Assembly: GCA_951406725.2 (NCBI GenBank)
Contig: OX597816.1
Span: 56,358,001-56,422,000, forward strand
Direction: 5' to 3'
Source of the DNA: Octopus vulgaris
Taxonomy: Eukaryota
Length of the DNA stretch: 64,000 nucleotides
Below the pieces are notes generated by a model. That model saw only the letters and a program-made list of their open reading frames with translations. It was not told the origin of the DNA and searched no databases. The position numbers and the translations under genes are program-made. This document shows positions 40,976 through 55,889 of the stretch, in pieces (positions within the stretch are counted from its first letter, which is position 1; every line of letters starts with the position of its first letter).

Positions 40976-41915
40976 TGATGATGCAAATCTTTCAACACAA
41001 TCATTTCAATTCCATTGATATTTATAAACCAGATTCACATTATCCAATGTGTCTTCTTTTTTAAAGCCAATAGGGTGTGATATGAGTGAGATATAGTTGT
41101 CATTTCTAGCAGACAATACGGGTGCGTACAAGCTGCCTAGTTTTTGATTTAGTGTGTGAGAAGCATTAATACTGTGTTACAAACTTAAAAAAAGCTGCCG
41201 GCACTTTCAGAGGTGGAATGGCAGGATTATAAAGATGTTGTATTAATTGGAAGAGAAACGATGAAGAAAAGAAAGAGAATTCGGTAAAATTCCTCGTTAG
41301 TTGTTTCCTCGAATAATTCAAAGATAAATTAACTTAGTGTAATATGCCCTCACTGCACTAATTGGCATAAGTAGGGGTTTATTAGCCCCACCAGAGAGAA
41401 ACTAATTTAGATCCTGACAACTTAAAAAAAAACAAAAAAACTCATTAATAATATTATTTCTCTCTGCTACTTCCTTATATTCCACCTTCTATGAGTATCA
41501 TACTTTTTCCCTTGCTCTCTTCTATCTCTTCTTTAGCCCCTCCGCCCCCTTCCTCTCTCTCTCTCTCTCTCTGTCGGTTCACATATATATTATCTCCATT
41601 TAATTATAATAATAACGATATAAAGTTCACTGGTTGGTTGGTTGGTCGGTTGGTTGATTTCTCCAATCACACTTTACATTGCATAAACATACACACACGC
41701 ATGTGTGTGAGTGTGTGTGTGTGTGTGTGTGTTTGTTTGTGTATCTCTATGTATGCCCGAAATTGTCATGACTTCTGGAACTTGACTGAGGAAAGAAAGC
41801 CACGAATGAACCACCTTTTTTTGCCTGTCCTACTATTTGTTGTTTCTCTTGTCCACCTTTGTATCGTCTATATGTCTGAATGTTTTAATGTCCTCTATTG
41901 CGCTTTTGTTCCAAT

Positions 41916-41972
<57 letters not shown>

Positions 41973-42127
41973 TTGGAAATGGATGCATCGCGTTCAATTA
42001 AATAATAAATAATGAATAATGTTTCATGTTATTTGCACCGTTGGTGATATCCTGTACCCATATATGCATGTATTTATATATATATATATATATGTGTGTG
42101 TGTATGCGTGCGTGTGTGTGTGTGAAA

Positions 42128-42446
42128 GAGTGACCCTTCGGTCATGAATGACCATGGGATTGCACCTAGAAAGATCTCCTCTGAGGCACAAGTCGGGACA
42201 AGGTTGTTTTGTAGATGACCAGCAAGCCTCCCCTCTCTATGCCAACGATGTTATCCAAGGGAAAGTCAAAGGCCGATACAACTTTGGCACCAGTAACGTT
42301 GCAACTCATTTGTACAGCTGAGTGACCTGGAGCAACATGAAATAGAGTATCTTACTGAACACAGCACGTAGCCCGATCCGGGAATCCAACTCACAACCTC
42401 ACGATCGTAAGCTCGACTCTCTAACTACAGAGTCATGTGCTTTCAC
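42128..42446 (-). mobile_element. tRNA-headed SINE with RTE-like tail
   Basis: Minus head ...gtagttagagagtcgagcttacgatcgtgaggttgtgagttggattccc; tail ttcccttggataacatc...catggtcattcatgaccgaagg. Confidence 0.7.
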
Positions 42447-42495
42447 TATATATATGTGTGTGTGTGTGTGTGTGTATTTATATATACATATATAC

Positions 42496-42560
<65 letters not shown>

Positions 42561-42562
<2 letters not shown>

Positions 42563-42888
42563 TGTTTTCTGCTATAGCCCCGGGCCGACCAATGCCTTGT
42601 GAGTGGATTTGGTAGACGGAAACTGAAAGAAGCCTGTCGTATATATGTATATATATATATGTGTGTATTTGTATGTGTGTGTGTTTGTGTGTCTGTCCCC
42701 CTAGCATTGCTTGACAACCGATGCTGGCGTGTTTACGTCCCCGTCACTTAGCGGTTCGGCAAAAGAGACCGATAGAATAAGTACTGGGCTTACAAAGAAT
42801 AAGTCCCGGGGTTGATTTGCTCGACTAAAGGCGGTGCTCCAGCATGGCCGCAGTCAAATGACTGAAACAAGTAAAAGAGTAAAAAGAG
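42561..42888 (+). mobile_element. SINE family A, 5'-truncated
   Basis: Near-identical to 10479-10798. Confidence 0.9.
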
Positions 42889-43043
42889 TATATAGGCATA
42901 CACACATACATACACATACATAGACACACACACATGTATATATACATACAAATCTATCTGTGTGTCTGTCTGTTTGTCTATCTAATTATCTGCCTCTCTA
43001 CATATTTTTCTCTTTTACTCCCAACTTGTGTGTGTGCATGCGC

Positions 43044-43088
<45 letters not shown>

Positions 43089-43746
43089 CATAATATTTGT
43101 TAAATCTGTCCCTCCTGTGTAATGTTTTCTTTTACCTTTTTCTTTTTACTCATTACCTTCGCGCTGTATATGCATATTCGTATACACACCCTCATACATA
43201 TACACACACATGCACTCATACATACGTACGTATGTATGAGTGCATGTACGTAAGTATGTATGTATGTACGTATGTACATATGTAAACATGTATGTAAGTA
43301 TGTGTATATATTTTAATTAGCATTCATTAACTGATACATTTCAAGAATTCTGCTCCTCACTTGTATAGATTATACGGATCATGTTTCTCAAAAGCTCTTT
43401 TTTAGTAGCAACATCTCGTACTTCGTTGAGAGAGATTTTACCCAGTCACACAGGCACAAGCGTATACACCCACAGCGATATATCGTTATATATTTATACA
43501 TGAATGCTTTTTTACATGTATGTATGCATAGGTGAAAAACTAAAAGAAGAAAGAGTCACAGGAAGCATGTGCCGGTCTGCTTCAGCCAAAATTCTAGAGA
43601 TGTTTGTCAGTTAGGAGTTGATCTGAGGCGTGCTGACGCCTCCGTACTAATTTACCCCCAGAGAGCTACATACATACATACATAAATACATGCATACATA
43701 ATACATGCATACACAGATATATATACATACATACATATACATGTAC

Positions 43747-43795
<49 letters not shown>

Positions 43796-43801
43796 TATAT
43801 A

Positions 43802-44056
43802 GTGGAGGCGCAATGGCCCAGTGGTTAGGGCAGCGGACTCGTGGTCGTAGGATCACGGTTTCGATTCTCAGACCGGGCGTTGTGAGTGTTTCATGAGCGA
43901 AAATACCTAAAGCTCCTCGAAGCTCCGGCAGGGGGTGGTGGCGATCCCTGCTGTTCTCTTTCGCCACAACTTTCACTCTTTCTTCTATTGCGGGGTGACG
44001 TCATTTGAAGGCTAAAACAATGCGAAGCGCATTGTGACCAGCGATATGTAGCAACA
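43802..44056 (+). mobile_element. SINE family C
   Basis: gtggaggcgcaatggcccagtggttagggcagcggactc...gtttcgattc (tRNA A and B boxes). Confidence 0.9.
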
Positions 44057-44084
44057 TATATATAAGCCTAAACGGTGATATATA

Positions 44085-44172
44085 TAAGCCTAAACGAAGT
44101 TGTGGTGGCGAACGCGTATATATATATATATATATATATACGCGTTCGCCACCACAACTTCGTTTAGGCTTA
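44085..44172. repeat. Perfect palindrome centred on (TA)n
   Basis: taagcctaaacgaagttgtggtggcgaacgcg-(TA)12-cgcgttcgccaccacaacttcgtttaggctta. Confidence 0.95.
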
Positions 44173-44254
44173 GCAGCCCTTCCTGTTTGTGTTACTTATT
44201 TTGACCCTCTGCAAAATCCCAAATTTTATCTAATTTGCTTTGCGGGAGCAACTG

Positions 44255-44330
44255 TTTTATCGAAAGCTTATGTTGTTGTTTAATGCTCGAAATAGGAGAC
44301 TAGAGAAACAGCCAACAACTGATGAAGAGT
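44255..44330 (+). ncRNA. Hammerhead motif with type II topology
   Basis: atc-GAAA-gct-TA-tgttgttgttt...aaacagccaaca-a-CTGATGA-agag. Stem I is closed, stem III is AAGCTT-palindromic, and stem II is open and weak. Confidence 0.55.
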
Positions 44331-44531
44331 CGTTCTTTATGTTGTTTGTTTTGTTTTCCATTTGTGGGTTTCGTTGTTCGGAAGAATAGTTCATGTTCCA
44401 TGTACTCGTGCTTCGTACATTTTTGTTGTAAACGTTAGATGACTTTCTGTGCCCATATATGGGCATATATATATATACGTATAGATGTAAGTATGTACAT
44501 AGACGCAAATATATATGCATATATATTTACA

Positions 44532-44872
44532 CTTTACTCTTTTACTTGTTTCAGTCATTTGACTGCGGCCATGCTGGAGCACCGCCTTTAGTCGAGCAAA
44601 TCGACCCCGGGACTTATTCATTATAAGCCCAGTACTTATTCTATCGGATATTTTTTGCCGAACCGCTAAGTGACGGGGACGTAAACACACCACCATCGGT
44701 TGTCAAGCAATGCTAGGGGGACAAACACAGACACACAAACACGCACATGCACACACATATATATAAATACATATATACGACAGGCTTCTTTCAGTTTCCG
44801 TCTACCAAATCCACTCACAAGGCATTGGTCGGCCCGGGGCCATAGCAGAAGACACTTGCCCAAGATGCCACG
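44532..44872 (-). mobile_element. SINE family A, inverted relative to 42561-42888
   Basis: Reverse complement of the family A consensus. Confidence 0.9.
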
Positions 44873-44912
44873 CATATTATTTATATTATTTATATTATTT
44901 ATATTATTATTA

Positions 44913-44964
<52 letters not shown>

Positions 44965-45527
44965 GTATGTATGTATATGTATGTAGAAATCGTTTTATGT
45001 TCACTTATAATAAAACAATTTTATATTAATCTGATGGGTCGTTCTATACATTTGTAGAGTAAAAATTTATTATTCTTAAACAAGAATATTATTGACAATG
45101 ACTTTGAAGTTTCGGACGAGAGCTTCGAACTCATTGTCAACATCTTTTGTATAAGAATAATTAATTTATATATATAACATGTATTGCATATATATATACA
45201 TATTATTGTTTGTTTTTCTTAGACGACCATACTCGATCAAACCTAGAATCAATGACATACCAATTCCGACCATCCTGTCGATATTCTAAGTTTAGTGTAC
45301 ACCAGACAACGTTATCTGATACGTCCTTTACTAATGGCATTTAATCAGTGAAGAATTTGTGACAAACGGTCCATCGAGAATCAAAACTCGATTGTGAATA
45401 TTATTTATCATTAAATTCCTCCGTCGCTAAAAATCATCCATCGCAATAAAAATGACAGAAAAAACAGCAGTCTTAAAGCAGGCTAGACACAGGCATCCCT
45501 GAAAATATATCAGCATAAAGAACATAA

Positions 45528-45728
45528 TCTTTTCTGCACTAGGCACAAGGCCCGAAATTTTTGAGAGAGGAGGGGGTCGATTAGATAGACCCCAGTACTT
45601 AATTTATCTACCCCGAAAGGATGAAAGGCAAAGTCGACCTCGGCGGAATTTGAACTCAGAACGTAAAGACAGACGAAATACCGCTAAGCATTTCGCCCGG
45701 CGTGCTAACGTTTCCGCCAGCTTGCCGC
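45528..45728 (-). mobile_element. SINE family B monomer
   Basis: Single unit with head and tail. Confidence 0.9.
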
Positions 45729-45883
45729 TTGCATAAATAACATAATAATGAAGCTCCCAACACAGTTAATTATATTAAGAGACCAATAAGAAGTAAATTA
45801 ACAAAAGATCTTGCAGCAGTAATTTGGTAGATTTAAAACCAAAGAAGGATATGACTAGTTTTATATAACCCGTTTTCTCTCTT

Positions 45884-45919
<36 letters not shown>

Positions 45920-45933
45920 ACTCTCTCACTCAC

Positions 45934-46013
<80 letters not shown>

Positions 46014-46638
46014 TGGCTTTTACATTGTAACTCTTGAATTATTAGTTGGGCTTTTTTTTAATGTATTTGAAAAGGAGTCAATTTCCCGAAATGTAATAGA
46101 AGAATTAAACAAACTATCATGTCTTCGTCTTTATTTATTAGTATAACCTTCCATATTATACCAAATTTCTTACTTTCTCCACTGAATTATGCATGTGTGT
46201 GTGTGTGTGTGTGTACATATGTAGATGAGGTCAGTTACAAGAATCGTTAACACGCCGACATAATGCTTAGCGTCATTTCTTCTGGATTAACGTTCCGAGT
46301 TCAAATCCAGCCGAGGGGAACTTTGACGTTAAATTTTTCCATCTCGATAAAATAGTATATTAGTTGAGAACAGGCACGTCAATGTGATTGCTATGAGGTA
46401 GGCCAAGCCTGATATTCGCAATTTGGTCTGCGATCATTTCGACGTCTGATAAGTGGTACGCCGTACACCTGTACAGGTAATGTGAGTATGATGGGCGGAG
46501 AGAGCTTATGTACAGCGGAAACATTTGATCATTATAAACAAATCATCGTTGCAAGCTGTTCAGCAAAAATGCTGTTTATGTGTGTGTGTATATGTGTCTG
46601 TCTTTGTCTTTGTCCGCGCTCAAACGTGCCTGTATGCG

Positions 46639-46675
<37 letters not shown>

Positions 46676-46964
46676 GTGTGTGTGTGTGTGTATGTGTGCA
46701 GATGTATGCCTGAGCACAACAACACAGACACAATGCGCATATGTATATATTAGTGCCTACTCATATTGAGTGATATTTCAAGGCGTTTCTGTTGTATTAT
46801 ATTTCTCATGCCGCCGTTTGTATTCAGTTTACTCCAAATATAATAACGTAGTCGGTTCTTTACTTATAGATTGCTAGTTCATACATGTTATGTACCACAA
46901 ATATGTGATCCAAGCTCTCTTTCTCCCTTTCGATCTCTCCCTCTCTTTATATATATACACATAT

Positions 46965-47265
46965 GTGGAGGCACAATGACCCAGTGGTTAGGGCAACGGA
47001 CTCGCGGTCGTAGGATCGCGGTTTCGATTCCCAGACCGGGTGTTGTGAGTGTTTATTGAACGAAAACACCTAAAAGCTCCACGAGGCTCCGGCAGGGACC
47101 CGTGGTGATCCCTGCTGTACTCTTTCACCACAACTTTCTCTCATTTTTTCTTCTGTTGGCCTGCTCGCTTAGCCAATGGGGTGGCGTCATTGAAGGCTAA
47201 AACAATGCGAACCGCATTGTGACCAGCAATGTGTAGCAACATCTGATGGCCTGGTCGGTTACGTG

Positions 47266-47270
<5 letters not shown>
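46965..47270 (+). mobile_element. SINE family C, full length
   Basis: As 43802-44056; tail ggtcggttacgtgacgtga then (TA)n. Confidence 0.9.
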
Positions 47271-47340
<70 letters not shown>

Positions 47341-47555
47341 TGTGTATATATATATATATATACTAAAAATTCTATACTTATGAGTATAATTTACTCTTTA
47401 TCTGCGTGAGTTGTTGAGTATTGCTGTCCGGGAGATTTTCTTATGGTAGTGAAATAGTTTTAACTGCTATTTCTAAATTTCGGTATGTGGTGAAACAAAT
47501 TTTTTATGAACCCTAATTATAATTATACTTATAATTATCGAATTTTTTTAATAAG

Positions 47556-47599
47556 TTTACCGATAATGGTTCTTTTAGTATACCGAACTACTTGGTAAA
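47556..47599 (+). ncRNA. Degenerate hammerhead-like motif
   Basis: tttac-CGATAA-t-ggt...acc-GAA-ctacttg-gtaaa; stems I and II retained, core eroded. Confidence 0.35.
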
Positions 47600-47635
47600 A
47601 TTACTAATTATTAATTAATTTTACCCATTATTATA

Positions 47636-47737
<102 letters not shown>

Positions 47738-48809
47738 ATTTCAAGCATACATGCGCATGTGCATGTCTGTGTTGAGGTAATGTGTATCAAAACTAGGAAA
47801 ATGCGTCAGTTGCAAATTTGAATGTTGAGAAAATGCTCCGTAAGTTTTCGGTTTGTCGTCTGCTCTTGTATCCGAAAACATTTAGAAAGGTTACGGTACT
47901 ACTTCTGTCTATTTCTAACAACTAAGCAGGATAACACCATTAATTTAACAAACTTACAAAATATTCAAAGGAATGTTTGCCAATCAATAGCTACCGAAGC
48001 ATGGCGCACCGACTGAACAGCGATTGGGACTTTTTCTTCTCAAGTACATTCTATGAAGCCATTTTTAAACACTATTCATTAGAACACGCCTTCTCCATTT
48101 AAATAGCCATTTCTGTGATCTGAGTGTAGTTATGTTAATAATATTGAATATGCTGAAGCGATCAATAAGTCTTTACTCCAAAAACTCCACTGACTTGTGG
48201 AATTATTAGGTGTGTCCCTTTTAGTAATTAATTGGTTTTCTCTTAGGAATAAGAATTATTTATTAGATTATGTTTCTTCCGGTAAAACTGTAATTTACTT
48301 GAAGACAAGTTTTGATTAATGGAATGGCAAATCTCAGTCACTACGGTGCGTTGTTGTGTCTCATTTTCAATCTGGAGTCTGATTGGTCATTTGTAGTTCT
48401 ATCCTTTCTTCTGATCTTTTATCTTGTCATTACACTGCGTTCATTTAGCTGTAGACTGTATTTTCACTAAACGTAACAATTCTTTGATATTCCGAGATGG
48501 TGTTTATTTGAAGAGTATAGAACTTTCTTTTAGCAACAATCATCATCGGTTTCCTTAACGAGAGGCACAGAATTCTTTTACCGCAACATAGCCTGTATTC
48601 GTTGTAAATATATTGTTACGTCTGCAGTGCAATGTTAATGACTGATTGAAAGACTGCCGATTGTAAGTAATTAGGTTTGTAACCAGACTATGTTTCGAGT
48701 GCAAGGAATCTGGTGAGGGTCTGCTTCTGTAACAATGGTAGTGAAATAATGTAAGTCAGTATGTTGGGATGTTGTGGCCGATGGAATATATATATATATA
48801 TGTGTGTAT

Positions 48810-49098
48810 ATCACCGTGACTGACCAGACTATCAGATGTTGCTACACATCGCTGGTCACAATGCGCTTCGCATTGTTTTAGCCTTCAAATGACGCCACCC
48901 CACTGGCTAGGCGAGCAGGCCAACAGAAGAAAGAGTGAGAGAAAGTTGTGGCGAAAGAGTACAGCAGGGATCGCCACCACCCCCTGCCGGAGCATCGTAG
49001 AGCTTTAGGCGTTTTCGCTCAATAAACATTCACAACGCCCGGTCTGGGAATCGAAACCGCGAGTCCGCTGCCCTAACCACTGGGTCGTTGCGCCTTCA
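48810..49098 (-). mobile_element. SINE family C, inverted
   Basis: Reverse complement of 46965-47270 with a small deletion. Confidence 0.9.
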
Positions 49099-49122
49099 CA
49101 TATGTGTATATATCTACATCTA

Positions 49123-49680
49123 TCTATCTAAAGAAATGGCAGAAATACTACAGAAACAATACTGCTCTGTCTTTAGTGATCCCACTGATATTGACGTAAG
49201 AGAAGCGAACAAAGTTGATCCCCAACATAAAATCTCGAACATAGCCTTCACTGCCTCAAACATCATAGCAGCAATAAATGAGGTCAAATACTATTCTGCT
49301 GAAGGCCCTGATAGATTCCCCGCTAGTCTCCTGAAGGAATGTAGACACCAACTTGCAGTCCCTCTGACCAACATCTGGAGAAATGTTTTAGACTCAGGTT
49401 ATATACCGAAACAGCTCCTATCCCAGTCTGTCATCCCGGTTTTCAAACAGAGAAACAGATCCTTCGCAGTCAACCATTGCCCAATTTCACTCACCTTCCA
49501 CATCATTAAAGTGCTTGAAAGAGTGGTAAGATCAAGGGTAGCTGACTTCCAGGAGATCCACAAACTCCTAAATGCAAATTAACGGCTTTCGCTGTGGCAG
49601 GGACTGTCTAACACAGCTCTTACACCATCTTGGGAACAGGTTCGAACTCTGACGTCATAATTTGACATTGGTAATAAGGG
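49123..49680 (+). pseudogene. CR1-clade LINE fragment: RT N-terminal part
   Basis: AEILQKQYCSVF...SAEGPDRFPASLLKEC...VIPVFK...NHCPISLTFHIIKVLERVV...GFRCGRDCLTQLL. Confidence 0.88.
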
Positions 49681-49789
49681 AACAAAATATGAGTCTGCAA
49701 TTATCAAAGAGTTCCATTTTTTGGTGTGAAATGGGTCAATTTGACGTTTCGGAAAATACAGGTGTTTCTGGTGGATAATCTTTCATCTT

Positions 49790-50266
49790 TTACAATTTAT
49801 TCATTTCAGTCATTTAACTGCGGCCATTCTGGGGCAACGCCTTGAAGAAATTTTGGTCGAACGAATCGACCCTAGTGTTTATTATGTTTAGAACCTCATA
49901 CTTATTCTATCGGTTACTTTTGACGAACCACAAGGCTACGTGGACGTAAGCACACCAACACAAAGACATATACACGCACACATGCACGCACCTACGCACA
50001 CGCACATACATGCACACTCACATACACACGCGCACGCAAACTCACATCTCTCTCTCTTTCTCTGTCTATATATATATATATATATATATGGATAGATAGA
50101 TAGATATATATTTATATACATAGAGAGAGAGAGAGAGAGAGAGAGAACGATAGTGAGAAAGAGAAAGAAAGTGATAGATAGAAAGATAAATAGATAGATA
50201 CATAGATTGACAGGCAAACAGACAGACAGACAGACAGACATATAGATAGATATATTGGTAGATAGT

Positions 50267-50337
<71 letters not shown>

Positions 50338-50668
50338 AGTTTCTTTCGGTTTCCGCCTACCAAATCCACTGACAGGGCCTATAATTATTCTGCCGGTCTC
50401 TTTTGCCGAACCGCTAAGTTATGGAAACATAGAAACACCAACATCGGCTGTGAAGCGATGACAGGGGTACAAGTACAGACACAAATACGCGCGCGCACAT
50501 GTATATACGATGGGCTTCTTTCAGTTTCCCTCTACCAAATCCACTCACAAGACTGGTTCGCCCGAAGCTATAGTTGAAGACACATGGGAAAGGTGCCACG
50601 CAGTGGGACTGAACCCGAAGCCATTTGGTTGGAAAACAAGCTTCTTATCACACGGACACGCCTGCGCC
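49790..50668 (-). mobile_element. Two SINE family A copies or fragments with expanded internal microsatellites
   Basis: 3' half at 49790-49965, short piece at about 50340-50370, and a copy at 50390-50668. Confidence 0.75.
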
Positions 50669-50716
<48 letters not shown>

Positions 50717-50866
50717 CATACATGCATGCATTCATACATACATACATACATACATACATACATACATACATACATACATACATACATACACACACACATG
50801 CATACATATTCTTTCATTCTTTTATATGCTTTAGCCTTGACGCTGCGGCCATGCTGGGGCACCTCC

Positions 50867-50914
<48 letters not shown>

Positions 50915-50917
<3 letters not shown>

Positions 50918-51083
50918 CCCGGGTTGAGTCGGGGTTAACCACAGTAAATAAGGTACTCAATACATAGCAGAGTAAAGTAATTTATTTTATTTTATAGAAG
51001 GAGCTTCTACAGGACTAGAACTGTTTCATTCAGATGAAATCTTCAGCTTCCTAGTCCTGTAGAAGCTCCTTCTATAAAATAAA

Positions 51084-51088
<5 letters not shown>
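50915..51088 (-). mobile_element. Short HHR element with perfect 38-bp inversion, in (TA)n
   Basis: Arms 50981-51018 and 51051-51088. Minus HHR at 51013-51048: ag-CTGAAGA-t-ttc-atct-gaa-t-GAAA-cag-TT-ct. Confidence 0.75.
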
Positions 51089-51169
<81 letters not shown>

Positions 51170-52413
51170 CAGTCTCTCCCTATAAGGCTTCTGCCGTTTT
51201 TTGCTGAACAACCACACACATGATTTGTTTATGGTGATTAAATATTTGTGTTGCACATAGGTTCACTCCCTCCATCAAATCGACATTACTTGAACTTGTG
51301 CAACGGGTGCCACATGTCAGATGACGAAATGATCGCAGTCCAACAACGTGAAATGAAGCGCATTGCTCAAGAATACAATCCACGATCCCGCAGTCGAGAG
51401 TGCAACACCCTAACCACAAAGTCATGCAGATCTATAAGGGTGCTTTTCCTTTTCTTTTATCTTGCACGAAAACTGTAGCATCTTGCCGCTCTATGGTGTA
51501 TATGCATTAAGTATGATACATAGATGGCTATTTTAACGATTGTTTTTAACTTTGAAGTGTTTTTCTTGTATTGTTTCGTAAGTTAAGCTAACTACATTAA
51601 CGTTAGATAGATTAAATCGCAATCGCCATACGGAACTGGGACCGGCTTCATCATATTTTTATTAGACAGTATAGGATCTAACGAAGAAGATTCAGATATT
51701 AAATTATAATCTTATTGATATATAATTGATTTACATATTGTAGGACGATGTTATTGTATTGAAAATTCTGTGCTATTTTAAGTACCACTAACTCCAATAT
51801 CAGCGGATTTATTTCTCTTCAGAGAAGATTTCATTTTGGCACTGAAAAAGAAAAAAAAATCACCTCCTGTACAGATTCCATATATTTCAATTTTCTATTA
51901 TTTTTTAATATTTTTTGGTCTTTGTTTTGATAGTTGTTGTGTATTTGGGGGTTGGTGGTGTGGAAGGGTCAAAGAAACCATTCGGTGCACACACAAGAGT
52001 TCATCAATAAACGGAGAATGAGATTAAAGAAATTACCATTGTTGCAGCTAACTTGCCGACATCTTAACCATTCAAGCATTGAAAGTTCGCAGAACACAAT
52101 GGATTCTCAGGAAATAGATTTCACGAAGGATTCTCTACGAGAGTAAACAAAGACACAAACAACAAACCAAACGCCAAAATCAATGTTCGTCAATTAAATA
52201 TCGATAAAGATAATTTAACAAAAACGGATGGGAGGCCCTCATTATCTGAAATATAGTTTGGTAGGTGCCTTTTTTTGTTGTTGCTGTTGTTGCTGCTGCT
52301 GCTGCTGATACAGAGGTCAAACCGAATTGAACAGATATAGTATAAACACCGTTATCTGTAGGGAACACCAGACATATTCTTACTCGGCTCGTAGATTTAA
52401 GAATAATTAGAAT

Positions 52414-52518
<105 letters not shown>

Positions 52519-52979
52519 TATTTATATATATATGTCTGTTATTATGTCAAATTATATGCGAAAAGAATTTATTAAGTACATGAATTATTCACTGCTTTTT
52601 TGATAGATTACAACGAAAAATAAGGGCGACAGTGACTTTGAATTTTCAACTTGCTCGTCTTCGTCACACTGTATATGTTGTAGTCGTTGTTGTTGTTGTT
52701 ATCAAAGTGACACTGGGGTACAAATATACGAAGCCCAATATACCCATTATGATTACTCACCTGATAAGGGTACGCCAGGCATATGCATCACAACCATACG
52801 TACGTGATATGGTTAGCTCATGATGAGATAAACAGTGCCATGACCTTGCAGGTGGGGTCCAGTTAGAATTTACTTGAGGTCGAGTAGCCCGCCCCACTCA
52901 AAAGGTCCCTGAATAAGGGTTGTGTAAGGATGTTGAACAAAACACCCATGTTTCCAAAGGTGAATTATTCAAACACCAA

Positions 52980-53515
<536 letters not shown>

Positions 53516-53539
53516 CATAATTATTATTATTGTTATTGT

Positions 53540-54280
53540 GTTTCTTCTCAGACGCTTAGTCTTATTTTCCTCTGGTTGATTCTGTGTGAGCGAATATTAT
53601 AGACGGGCTTGTCCGAGGTGCGCGCAGAGTGCCGAAACCGTTCTGCACCCCCTCGTTCAATGTCCAGGCAGTTCCTGTCATATGTGGGGTGGATCCGTCT
53701 GTCGGGCGAGTCTGTAATGATGATAGTCTAGTCGCTCTCCTTCAATCGGGCAGGCAAGGCAGTTTTCCTTTTGCTTGGTGGCTGTGGCGAAAGAGGTTGT
53801 TAGGTGAACAAGGCTGAAAGGCATGAGGACAGATACATTCACTTTTTTGGCAGAGCTTTCATTGACTTCTTCAAGTTTCACTTGAAAAAGAAATTGAGGT
53901 GGGGTGATTTTATGAAAAGGTTGGTGAAAGTTACGAAAATGGTAAGAGTAGATGGCACCACTCTCAGTGTAGACTTGTGAATCGGAGAGAAGGAATTAGA
54001 GAGGGCACTTGCTCCTGGGGTTTCAGGGAAATCTCGGACAGTGGGGTTCCTCGATTATCCCTAGAGGTCTTCCTGTATCAGGAGGGCCACATCTCTGTCA
54101 TCCTCCTCGCCACTTTTTTTTAACCTTTGTATTTGTCCCTTCTTTTTCTGTGTATACCGTGTATACTTACTTTTCTTTCTTTTTTTTTTTATCATTTCAC
54201 AATATGTAAACCCCCAAACTTTATGTCTGTCTTTGTATTGTTCCTCTCATCTTTCGCTCTTGTGGCAAATAAATAAAATC
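53540..54280 (+). mobile_element. L1/Tx1-clade 3' fragment (ORF2 C-terminal zinc knuckle + 3' UTR)
   Basis: CPRCAQSAETVLHPLVQCP at about 53609-53664; pyrimidine-rich 3' UTR ending aataaataaaatc, then (ATT)n. Confidence 0.75.
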
Positions 54281-54298
54281 ATTATTATTATCATTATT

Positions 54299-54330
<32 letters not shown>

Positions 54331-54447
54331 GGTGGTGGTGGTGGTGGTGGTGATGTTATGATCATCATCATCATTATCGTCATCATTATCATCAGTAGTA
54401 GTGGTGGGGGTGGTGGTGGTGGTGGTAGTAGTAGAAGTAGTAGTAGC

Positions 54448-54482
<35 letters not shown>

Positions 54483-55169
54483 AATATTATTATTAAGTAG
54501 TTTCTTTTGCTTTATTTTTTGCTTTTTGTGTAAGCGTGGTAAATGCGCCTCACTTTTTTACATAATTGAACAATCTTTATTATGTGTAATTAGATCTGCA
54601 AAAAATAAAAAAAAAGCAACAAAAAAAAAAACAAAACAAAAACAAAACTAGAATGATTCAGCGAGTAAATTTGATACGGTTCAGGGTCAGTTATGTCTGA
54701 TAGAATCAGATTGTATGATGTCGTAATATGATTAGGAATTCTAGGACAAAGTTTCCCTCTAATGGCAGCGCGTTGTGAAGTAATATACACCAACGGCCAC
54801 ACACATCAGTCAGCTTTTACATTTCGCTTTTTACTTCATCTATTCACAACAGAATAAACAACTTTGTTTTTTTATTGTTTAATACTCTCCTCCCCCTCGT
54901 CCCCCTTCCTCCCTCCTTCCTTCTCCGCTCTTTCATGCATTTAAAAAAAAAATTTGTCTCATCATTATTCCATTTTTCTGACTCTGAGTGAATGTATATG
55001 TGCATGTGTATATACGTGCATGTGTATATACGTATATATATATATAACTATATATATAACTTATTAGGAAGGAGAGGTCCATTAATATGATAATGTGATA
55101 TACAGTTCGATTAGAAGTCAATAAACCGAGAGAAATGCTGCAAATATTCTAAAGGTTTGGCAACAATTA

Positions 55170-55579
55170 GGCGCAGGAGTGGCTGTGTGGTAAGTAGCTT
55201 GCTTACCAACCACACGGTCCCTGGTTCAGTCCCACTGCGTGGCATCTTGGACAAGTGTCTTTTACAATAGCTTCGGGCGGACCAAAGCCTTGGTAGACGG
55301 AAACTGGAAGAAGCCCTTCATATATGTATATATATATATATATGTGTGTATGTATGTGTGCGTATATGTTTGTGCGTATATGTTTGTCTCCCCAACATCG
55401 CTTGACAACCGATGCTGGTGTGTTTATGTCCCCGTAACTTAGCGGTTCGGTAAAGAGACCGATAGGATAAGTACTAGGCTTACAGACAATAAGGTCTGGG
55501 GTCAATTTGCTCGACTAAAGGCGGTGCTACAGCATGGCCGCAGTCAAATGACTGAAACAAGTAAAAGAGTAAAAGAGTA
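55170..55579 (+). mobile_element. SINE family A, full length
   Basis: ggcgcaggagtggctgtgtggtaagtagc...gactgaaacaagtaaaagagtaaaagagta. Confidence 0.9.
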
Positions 55580-55889
55580 ATTTAATATTTGTACACACTC
55601 ACTAACACACTGTCACACACGCGCGCAGACACACACTCAGCACACACGTACATACACACACCTACGCACACATTCACATAGATACAAACACAAACATCAC
55701 ACACACACACACACACACCGTGGCACTCAAATACTTATCTAGTCAGTTTGAACCACTCAAAGAAAGGTCCAGTATGAGGTTGAACAACTCGCTAGAAATA
55801 GCTAGCAATTCTCACTGACATCAAACCAAGTCGTCTTAACATTCTTCAGCGTTCAGTTCATTCTGTCAAATATGATGCTTATTTATTCT

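Noticed and set aside
47790-48780. Possible ancient LINE endonuclease on the minus strand
   Set aside because: Only faint motif resemblance with many stops; it cannot be supported without an HMM search.
49560-49680. Idea that CR1 fragments 49123-49680 and 23346-24645 are two halves of one split element
   Set aside because: They overlap slightly and differ in the overlap, so independent copies are more likely.
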